A stretch of 64,000 nt of DNA from Candidatus Bathyarchaeia archaeon (GTDB lineage Archaea > Thermoproteota > Bathyarchaeia > Bathyarchaeales > Bathycorpusculaceae), in assembly GCA_038883775.1 (NCBI GenBank), contig JAVZLM010000001.1, forward strand, positions 64,001-128,000, written 5' to 3'. The position numbers and the translations under genes are program-made. A model generated the notes under the pieces. It was not told where the DNA came from, searched no databases, and saw nothing but the letters and a program-made list of their open reading frames with translations. Shown in pieces: positions 56,845-64,000 of this stretch. Positions within the stretch are counted from its first letter, which is position 1; each line of letters begins with the position of its first letter.

Positions 56845-57539
56845 ATGAAGTATGAAATAAAATACAAGCCATCTTATTCAATGCTTGTGGTAAATCTAGA
56901 ACCAAACGAAAAGATAGTTGCTGAGTCAGGTGCAATGACATACATGAATCCAAACATTGAAGTCCACACAAGAAAAAGAGAAATAAGTCTCTTAGGCACA
57001 TTAGGTCTAGCGATTTTTGGACGCCAATCCTTCTGGGTAAATGAATACACTGCGAGAAACGGCACTGGAGAAGTTGCATTCGTTTCTGCACCACTAGGTG
57101 ACATTGAAAAACTGGAAATCAAGCCAAATCAAGGCTATATCATACAGAAAGCCGCTTACGTAGCTTCCACAGAAAACGTGGATTTAGACGTTAAATGGGA
57201 AGGCTTCACAAAAGGCTTATTCGGACAAGGCGTGTTCATGATAAAGGTTACAGGCGACGGAATACTATTCATAAACACTTTTGGAGCCATAGACAAACAC
57301 ATCTTACAGCCCGGGCAATCACTGATTGTTGATAATTTTCACCTGGTGCTTTCAGTAGCACATGCAACTACAAAGTCACAAAGTTCGGCGGATTAAAAGA
57401 AACAATCCTTGGAGGAGAAGGTCTAGTAGTAGATATTGAGGGTCCAGGAGAAGTCTATATTCAAACGAAAAATTTGGGCGAGTTTGTCGAGTGGCTTTGG
57501 ACTTTGCTCGAGCCAAGAGTGAGAGCGAGAGCACGCTAA
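56845..57539 (+). pseudogene. TIGR00266/AIM24 family protein with a 1-nt frameshift
   Basis: AESGAM, GEVAF..A..GDI, VDNFHLV, then the -1 frame continues AFSSTCNYKVTKFGGLKETILGGEGLVV..EGPGEVYIQT to TAA 57539. Confidence 0.8.
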
Positions 57540-57655
57540 AAGAAAATATACATTTATGATAGCGCATTATAGCAAGCTGATAAGAAAAGTGAGATTTGCT
57601 CTAGAAACGTTTCCTAAATATTAAGCTTATCCTTAGTGGTTTTCTGCTTCCTTCT

Positions 57656-58045
57656 CTATTTTAAATTCTGTTGCATTTTTTCGCAGCGTTTATACCATAA
57701 TCTCTCATAATCCTTTTGAGATAAAACCCTACTTTTGAGGTCTGCTATCGTATGAATCTTTTCTTTCTTACACCATTTAAGGCATATTTTGTATTCTTCC
57801 CAGTCAAGTTCCTCGTCTTCCCAATAAACTGGGACCTCGGAAAAGCCGTGTAAGAAGGCAGCAAAAGCTCTTGTGTGTCCATCTACGAAGATGATTTCAT
57901 TTCCAAGTTTCTTTATTGGTATGGGTTCCATGGCTTTTGGATTTTTTGGGTCGAAAGTTTTCATTACTTCAGATAGCTTTTCTGTGCTGATGAAGAATTG
58001 GGTTGGTTGTATCTTGTCAAGTTTCATCATAAATGTTTTAGACAT
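57656..58045 (-). CDS. ParB/Srx-like domain hypothetical protein
   Basis: IQPTQ, PIPI, VDGHTRAFAA. Confidence 0.7.
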   Translation of the reverse strand: MSKTFMMKLDKIQPTQFFISTEKLSEVMKTFDPKNPKAMEPIPIKKLGNEIIFVDGHTRAFAAFLHGFSEVPVYWEDEELDWEEYKICLKWCKKEKIHTIADLKSRVLSQKDYERLWYKRCEKMQQNLK

Positions 58046-58073
58046 GAGCAGTTGTTCTTCCCAGTCTAACAGT
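58037..58073. repeat. Imperfect direct repeat, copy B (37 bp)
   Basis: 31/37 identical to 58897-58933. Confidence 0.75.
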
Positions 58074-58075
58074 AT

Positions 58076-58729
58076 TCAATCTCCTTTATATTCTGGAATT
58101 ATGTTTTTGACTATTCTCTCTTCTTCTTTAAGTTCACGCCTTAATTATTGCCAAAATCTTCGCGCTCTTTTTAACCCTTCTATGCCCGTCGCCTTTCCTG
58201 TTTTAGTATAGAAATCTTGTCGTGGACCTTTCTTCCCGCTTGGAATTTCCATCATGTCTTTTACACCCATATTTTCTTCTCTCATAAAGTAGTCAAACAC
58301 TCTTGCCACCCCAATATAGCCTACTGAACACGATAGAACATCCGCATCGTAAACCACTTTTGCCTCGAGGGTTTTCGGTTCTTCTGTTCCTCTAGGCCCG
58401 TGGGCTCGAATACAGTGGATTATCTCGCTGATTTCTCCATCCTTGAAGCCGGCTTTTTTCAGATATTCTGGAGCAATAAAGGCTCCAGCTTCATGATGGT
58501 CGCTTCCCAAGTCTGGATATAATCTGCCAATGTCATGAAGTAACACGCTGGCTAAAACAATCTTCATATTAGCTTTCTCAGACTCGCCAATAATGACAGC
58601 TCTCGCAAGATCGCGAAGTATATGATGCCAATTATGATGAACTAATCCCTTCGTTAAGAAATCCTGTTTAACAAACTTATACAAAGCTTTTAATTCGCTG
58701 AATTGCGAGAGATAATAATCAAGTTTCAT
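58076..58729 (-). pseudogene. HD-domain phosphohydrolase with probable premature TAA at 58145-58147
   Basis: HHNWHHILR, LLHDIGR, AH, YDAD; frame continues after TAA as LRRELKEEERIVKNIIPEYKGD* to 58076. Confidence 0.6.
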
Positions 58730-58896
58730 TCTCTCACTAATTTTTCTATATGCTTTTTACGCTAAAAGATTTTGTGAAATGCTCCGTCTCCCAGTAGAAC
58801 ATCTCCGAATATAAAATTTCTTGTCAACTTTAAATTCCAAATATTTTGTTAAGAAATTTTCCACAAGATAATCACTTATTTGCGAGCCAGAACTGA

Positions 58897-58933
58897 TTTA
58901 GGCATGTGCTGTTATTCTTTCCAGTCTAATAGT
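58897..58933. repeat. Imperfect direct repeat, copy A (37 bp)
   Basis: Spans the DUF438 gene 3' end; 31/37 identical to 58037-58073. Confidence 0.75.
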
Positions 58934-60135
58934 CTTTTTTCTCCTTCAATTTTTTTGATATCCGTTATGTCTTGGGTTACTTCCATTGTTCCCAAATACT
59001 TTCCATTCTTGTCCCTAACAGCAAAATATCTAATGTGTATCAAGCGGTCTTTTACTTGAATCCAGAATTCAGCCAAATCCTTTTTGCCTTCTTTGAATGA
59101 GTCGAGGATGCGGTTTACTATGTGAACGCTTTTTTGTGGATGGCATAACTGAACTTTTCTACCAATAACAGCTTTTGTTCGAACAAAAACTCTTTTTTCA
59201 GCTTTGTTAAAGTATTTGACAGTGTCTTCTTTATCAACAAATGTTATATCAACTGGAAGCGTATCCAACAATGCCTCAATTTCTTCTTTTGTTAGGGTTC
59301 CAGTTTCAAACTGCAGTGTTCCTTCAACTGGTGCTTTTTCTTTTTCTATTTTCTCCATTTCTAGCGCTCCTGTCAAATGCGAAGGTGTAAAGCAGCAGTA
59401 TCCAATTTCATCAAATTCGCTTCTTATCTCTTTCCATTCCTGGCTTGTTATAACCCGCAAGGCTGTTGGAAAAAGGATGTTGTTTTCCTTGAAAAAGTGG
59501 CTTGGAAGAAGACCGTTTAGGGCTTCGGCTATTTCTGCAAGCAATCTTTTAAAATCTTCAAAACCTATGCTGGCATATTTTTCTATTGTTTGGCTGAGCT
59601 TTTTCTTTTCTTCCCTTATCCTATTATGTTCCATCCACATAATTGCTGGGGGTTCAGTAATTCCATGTTTTTCTAAATATGGGAAAAGCACATTTTCTTC
59701 CCTTAAATAATGTTTTTCTGAGTCGCGCAAGTCTGCAGCTATATGCTCCAGATCGTGTATTTCATCAGCAACGTATGTTTTGTCGCTTATTTTTTGAACC
59801 TTGTGTGATATAGCGTTAAGTTTTTCTATGAGTTGGAGCATGATTTTGTGCTCTTCCATGAGAATGTTGATTGGATGGTCTGCGGGAACGGCGAGTTTTT
59901 GCTTTTCGAGTTGTTCTCTGAAAACTGCCATATGCACATCGCATAGTCTTTGTATTTCTTCTCTTGGCATGCCTTCCTTTATGAGTTCTTCTTCAATCTT
60001 TGCAATCTCCAAATAGCTTATGCCTTCCAAAACTTGTCTAAATCTCTCTTTGACTTCTTGAGGCGGCGCTCCCGCGTGCAATTGCCTAATTATTTCTTTT
60101 AACATTTTCTTTTTGTCTTCTGGTATTTCGCTCAT
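58912..60135 (-). CDS. DUF438-hemerythrin-PAS domain protein
   Basis: LCDVH, HPINILMEEH, HYLREENVLFP, MWMEH, KENNILFP; PAS LPVDITFVD...CHPQKS...EVTQDIT. Confidence 0.9.
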   Translation of the reverse strand: MSEIPEDKKKMLKEIIRQLHAGAPPQEVKERFRQVLEGISYLEIAKIEEELIKEGMPREEIQRLCDVHMAVFREQLEKQKLAVPADHPINILMEEHKIMLQLIEKLNAISHKVQKISDKTYVADEIHDLEHIAADLRDSEKHYLREENVLFPYLEKHGITEPPAIMWMEHNRIREEKKKLSQTIEKYASIGFEDFKRLLAEIAEALNGLLPSHFFKENNILFPTALRVITSQEWKEIRSEFDEIGYCCFTPSHLTGALEMEKIEKEKAPVEGTLQFETGTLTKEEIEALLDTLPVDITFVDKEDTVKYFNKAEKRVFVRTKAVIGRKVQLCHPQKSVHIVNRILDSFKEGKKDLAEFWIQVKDRLIHIRYFAVRDKNGKYLGTMEVTQDITDIKKIEGEKRLLDWKE

Positions 60136-61322
60136 GCAGATTCTTCCTTAACTTTCTTGGCAAGCGCTTTTCCAATATCCACTATCTGTTTAATGTCGCT
60201 TTCTGTGGGTGGACCATTAACTTCTAAAGCTCCAACAACTTCCAACTTTGATGAACCCAAAATTTCTTGCACATGCTTTACTGCGCCTCCACTCCAACCA
60301 TAAGAACTTAAGACAACGCCGAATTTTAGTGGTGGATGCAGAGCCTTTACGAGGTAAGAAGCGTAAACTGCTAAAGGATGCGCCCCTCCCAATACTGTTG
60401 GTGCTCCTAAGACTATGGCTTTTGAATCCACCAAATCCTTTGCTATGTCGCCAATGTCTGCTGAGGCTAAGTTGTATAGGGCTATTTCTATGCCTTCGGA
60501 GGCTAGGGTTTCAGTTATTGGTTGAATCATTTTTTCTGTGCTGTTCCACATGGTTGCATAAACGATTATGGCTTTTTGCCTTGTTTCGCCGTTAACCCAC
60601 CTTTTATAAGCGTTTAAAATGCGCTTTGGATTTTTGTGAATTGGTCCATGGCTTGGCGCTATCATCTCAATTTCTAAACTCGCTATTTTTTCTATGGCTT
60701 TTTGTCCCATAACCCTGAAAGGCATCATTATCTCGCCAAAATATTTCTGGGCGTGAACAAGCAAATCTTCCACCTCATCATCAAATAATCCCTTAGCAAT
60801 GTGAGCTCCAAAGAAGTCGCATGGAAACAAAATTTTGTTTTCTTGTGCGTACGTGAACATTGTTTCTGGCCAGTGGAGCATTGGCGCTTCAATAAATTGG
60901 AGGGTTTTGTCGCCCAGGCTTATTTTCTCTTGGTCTTTAACTGCAATTATGCGATTTTCTGGCACTTTGTAGAAGGTTTGAGCCATTTTTGCGCCTTTAA
61001 CGGAAGTTATGAGTTTGGCCTTGCTGTTTATTCCCATTATGTAGGGTATGGCGCCTGCATGGTCTGGTTCTGCATGATTCATTATTACGTAATCAATTTC
61101 GGTTGGGTCTGTGATAAGGCGTATTTTTTCTTCAAGCTCTCTTTCAAAGCCTGGATTAACCGTGTCTATTAAGGCTTTTTTGTCTTTGCCGATTATGAGA
61201 TAAGCGTTGTAAGTTGTTCCTTTTGGGAGTGGAATTAAGGCGTCGAAAAGTTTTCGGTTCCAGTCTCTGACGCCAACCCAGTAAACGCCTTTCGAGACTT
61301 CGTTTATGTTTCTCCAATTCAT
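60132..61322 (-). CDS. fprA: Flavodiiron protein (FprA; O2/NO reductase)
   Basis: GTTYNAYL, NHAEPDHAG, HWPETM, CDFFGAH, PSHG, flavodoxin SSYGWSG. Confidence 0.95.
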   Translation of the reverse strand: MNWRNINEVSKGVYWVGVRDWNRKLFDALIPLPKGTTYNAYLIIGKDKKALIDTVNPGFERELEEKIRLITDPTEIDYVIMNHAEPDHAGAIPYIMGINSKAKLITSVKGAKMAQTFYKVPENRIIAVKDQEKISLGDKTLQFIEAPMLHWPETMFTYAQENKILFPCDFFGAHIAKGLFDDEVEDLLVHAQKYFGEIMMPFRVMGQKAIEKIASLEIEMIAPSHGPIHKNPKRILNAYKRWVNGETRQKAIIVYATMWNSTEKMIQPITETLASEGIEIALYNLASADIGDIAKDLVDSKAIVLGAPTVLGGAHPLAVYASYLVKALHPPLKFGVVLSSYGWSGGAVKHVQEILGSSKLEVVGALEVNGPPTESDIKQIVDIGKALAKKVKEESA

Positions 61323-61344
61323 TTCGAGTTTGTCTCCTTTTTAA

Positions 61345-61360
61345 TATTACAATTGTAATA
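61345..61360. promoter_or_regulatory. Perfect 16-bp palindrome, candidate operator
   Basis: TATTACAATTGTAATA between divergent fprA and HTH regulator genes. Confidence 0.65.
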
Positions 61361-61408
61361 AAGTATATTTATGCATTTCTACACAATACACATAGGAGAC
61401 AACATAAA

Positions 61409-61807
61409 ATGCTAATCCCATGCGAAATAGCAGTAAAATGCCTACTACCGCCAGTCCGCGCCCTAATAGCCAAAACACTAACCACAAAACACAAACTAAC
61501 ACAGAAAGAAGCAGCAAAACTCCTTGGAATAAGCCAACCAGCAATAAGTCTATACGAAAGAAAAATGCGCGGAAAAGCCCTAAACCTAGAAAATGAACCA
61601 GAAATCACCAAGTTAATAGAAAATTTGGCTGATGCTCTCGCTGAAGGCAATTTATGCCATAAAGAATTCATTCAAATGTTCTGCGAAATCTGTAGGACTA
61701 TTCGCGCCGAAGGATTACTATGCCAACTGCACAAAACCTTTGACTCCGCCCTTGACATTGAAAAATGTGAGCTATGCCTAAAAACAAATGCACTGAGATG
61801 CATGTAA
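61409..61807 (+). CDS. Cys-rich XRE-like HTH transcriptional regulator (COG2522-like)
   Basis: IPCE..V..LLP.VRA, LTQKEAAKLLGISQPAISLY, C-x2-C...C..H...C-x2-C. Confidence 0.85.
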   Translation: MLIPCEIAVKCLLPPVRALIAKTLTTKHKLTQKEAAKLLGISQPAISLYERKMRGKALNLENEPEITKLIENLADALAEGNLCHKEFIQMFCEICRTIRAEGLLCQLHKTFDSALDIEKCELCLKTNALRCM

Positions 61808-61871
61808 AATGCTGGCATATCTCATAACGGTCAAAGACAAATCTTTATAGTGTGAATCCTATCCAAAAAGA

Positions 61872-62381
61872 ATGGCGACTAAGATGGGGTATTTGGCTGT
61901 TTGGAAAGTTTTGGAAGAAATGATTTTAGAATTTCGAAAAAGAGGCATCGCAATTCCAGCAGAGGTCATGGATAACTTGAAATCTGCTAGAACAATGATT
62001 AAAATTTTAAGGGCAGACCCCTCTCGCGGAGAAACTATGCAAAAAATTGAGGAATACCTCAGTAACGTGGAATCTTACCTCATATTTGAAGGGCAGAAAA
62101 ATTTTGGAGTTGAATATGTGGATAAATGGCTCAAAAGATTGGATGAAGCCAGCATGCGGGTTCCAGACTTGGAAGAGGAAGAGACAAGGTTTGTTCCTGG
62201 TTTGCCACGGGAGCAACGGTGGATTCGTGTTAAGCCTTCTGCCGAATTGCCTATTGAAAAATTGAAAACATTAGCTAAAGAATCCAACTTATTATGCGAA
62301 CTTCAAAGGGATGGTTATCTGCTTGTTTATGGCGAAGACTCATGTCTAAAAGAGTTTATCAAGAAAATGGCTAAAAAATAA
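61872..62381 (+). CDS. DUF2096-like conserved archaeal protein
   Basis: WKVLEEMI.EFRKRG..IP..V..NLK.AR; F.PG.PR...WIRV. Confidence 0.7.
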   Translation: MATKMGYLAVWKVLEEMILEFRKRGIAIPAEVMDNLKSARTMIKILRADPSRGETMQKIEEYLSNVESYLIFEGQKNFGVEYVDKWLKRLDEASMRVPDLEEEETRFVPGLPREQRWIRVKPSAELPIEKLKTLAKESNLLCELQRDGYLLVYGEDSCLKEFIKKMAKK

Positions 62382-62520
62382 TGTTAGACGCTGGAAAATA
62401 GCGTTAAAAAGTACATAACTGTTAAAGCTTGACGCTGTAACACTTTTATAGAAAAATCATACACAAAGTGTCTATAATAAGATAAGTTCATCTTCCGAGG
62501 AAGGTGAGGGCGTAAACTGA

Positions 62521-64000
62521 ATGCCCTACATTAAAAAAATTGAGCTTAAAGGCTTCAAATCTTTCGGTCCGCAAACCGTTAAAGTAGTGTTAGATAAGGG
62601 TTTCACGGCAATTACGGGTCCAAATGGCAGCGGGAAAACAAACATCGTTGACGCAACTCTATTCGCTTTAGGCGAGTTAAGCACAAGAAGGCTTCGGGCA
62701 GAAAATGCTGCAAAACTGATTTTTCATGGTTCTGAAAAGGCTGGATTAGAAAGGGCGAAAATGGCTAAAGTCATAATCCAATTTGACAATTCTGATGGAC
62801 GCATGCCCGTTGACACCACAACCGTTACCATCGCAAGGGAGGTTTATAGAAACGGACAAAGCGTGTATAGGCTTAACGGAAGAAGAATCTCAAGGGCGCA
62901 CATCCTAGAAATTCTATCTATGGCTGGAATAAGCTCCACAAGCCAAAACATAATCCTACAAGGCACAATAACCCGCTTGACTGATATTTCGCCCATTGAA
63001 CGGAGGAAAATTATTGAGGATTTGGTTGGCATAGCCCAATATGACGCTGAGAAGGCTGAAGCTGAAGAAAAACTTCGAGCGGCAGACATTTCAATAAGCA
63101 CAGCCATGGGCAGAATAGACGAAGTGCAGAAGAGAGTAGATGACCTAGAAAGAGAACGCAACCAACTTTTAAGATACAATTTTCTCCAAGAAGAGATAAA
63201 AAAGTTTGAAACCGTGAAGCTATCGCATGATATGGCACAAATTCAAAAGAAAGTGAAGGAAATTTCCTCCCAAGCTGACAGCGTCCGAAGCAAAGTTGAA
63301 AAATTAAGGGAACTTCGAGAAAAGTATAGGTCAAAGAGAAGAGAAGTTGAGGGTGAATGGCGAAAATTAAGCTCAGAAATCGTTGAAGAAGGCGGTTCGC
63401 AAGTATTAAAGGTTCAGATAAGAATAGGCGAGTTAAAATCAAAACTTACCGAATTAACAACTAAAATAACATCTGGAAAAACAACTTTAGAAGGTTTAAA
63501 ACGGATTAGGGAAAACACTCTCCAGCAGTATGAATCCATCAGAAAAGAAATTCATGCAAATCGCCTCAAAATAAAAAAGCTAAGAACTGAACATGAAGAA
63601 ATTTCCAGTCAAATAGCAGCAAAACAAGCTGAACATGATGCTTTAGCCGCTGAAGCAGCTCAGCTTTGGGAAAATCTTGGAGAAAACAGCAAGAGAATCC
63701 GCGAAATCGAACAACAAATCGCCAATCACAACAAAAAACTCGCCTACTTAAGAACCGAACAAGTAAGGCATCAGACAGCCATCAAAATCCGCACAAGAAG
63801 GCTAAATGACCTAAAAGACCGCAAAGAAAGGTTCACATTAACATTAAGCGAACTTGAGAAATCTTTGGCTGAGCTTGAAAAGGTACAGAAGGAGCAGAAA
63901 ACTCAACTTAAAAATTTGGAGCGGATGCTTGAGCGGAGAATAGCCCAAAAAGAAGCCATAGAAAGGGAAATCGCCGAAGCTGGAAAAATAGCGGATTCCG
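62521..64000 (+). CDS. smc: Chromosome segregation protein SMC, 5' part (runs off the window)
   Basis: Manual translation MPYIKKIELKGFKSFG...ITGPNGSGKTNIVDA...LRAE...IILQG, then long coiled coil. Confidence 0.95.
   Translation, partial: MPYIKKIELKGFKSFGPQTVKVVLDKGFTAITGPNGSGKTNIVDATLFALGELSTRRLRAENAAKLIFHGSEKAGLERAKMAKVIIQFDNSDGRMPVDTTTVTIAREVYRNGQSVYRLNGRRISRAHILEILSMAGISSTSQNIILQGTITRLTDISPIERRKIIEDLVGIAQYDAEKAEAEEKLRAADISISTAMGRIDEVQKRVDDLERERNQLLRYNFLQEEIKKFETVKLSHDMAQIQKKVKEISSQADSVRSKVEKLRELREKYRSKRREVEGEWRKLSSEIVEEGGSQVLKVQIRIGELKSKLTELTTKITSGKTTLEGLKRIRENTLQQYESIRKEIHANRLKIKKLRTEHEEISSQIAAKQAEHDALAAEAAQLWENLGENSKRIREIEQQIANHNKKLAYLRTEQVRHQTAIKIRTRRLNDLKDRKERFTLTLSELEKSLAELEKVQKEQKTQLKNLERMLERRIAQKEAIEREIAEAGKIADS

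Noticed and set aside
57614-58147. Pyrrolysine/selenocysteine or other stop-codon recoding
   Set aside because: Mixed stop types, no SECIS/PYLIS-like element or pyl/sel genes seen, and housekeeping genes end normally with TAG, TGA and TAA.
62844-63442. Minus-strand ORFs near the window end
   Set aside because: Antisense to smc, which the ORF track omits only because it has no stop in the window.
57656-64000. ParB-like gene as an SMC loader
   Set aside because: It has only a small ParB/Srx-like domain with no HTH or dimerisation region, no parA, lies 4.5 kb away and sits in a decaying accessory patch.
1-64000. tRNA, rRNA, CRISPR, IS elements, integrases, replication origin
   Set aside because: No cloverleaf/T-loop signature in intergenic gaps, no repeat-spacer array, and no transposase, integrase or cdc6 recognised by eye.

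Overview
A roughly 40% GC archaeal chromosomal window, most consistent with Bathyarchaeia (TACK). Supporting markers are crenarchaeal-type PolB1, thermosome, Clp1/Nol9 kinase, RadB, CarS, AglB, TackOD1, DUF2096, SMC and many TTG/GTG starts after GGTG/GGAGG SD motifs. Most of it is housekeeping: t6A/KEOPS genes (cgi121, sua5, pcc1), a histidine-utilisation cluster (ftcd-hutI-hutU), topoisomerase IA, gcvT, N-glycosylation genes, a catalytic-only ThrRS, two moeA, a type IV pilus locus, the exosome/proteasome superoperon extended by an ECF AAT module and hxlB, and an FprA/hemerythrin-PAS module. No tRNA, rRNA, CRISPR array or transposase was recognised. Signals absent from the ORF track are a riboswitch-like leader with an anti-SD upstream of queT, a eukaryote-like eL41 (eS32) gene probably starting at ATA, a box C/D sRNA, a 37-bp imperfect direct repeat flanking an inserted and decaying HD gene, and a perfect 16-bp palindrome in the fprA/regulator promoter. 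Two hypothetical proteins resemble eukaryotic OSTC/DC2 and proteasome assembly chaperone PAC4. All family calls come from motif recognition by eye, not from database searches.
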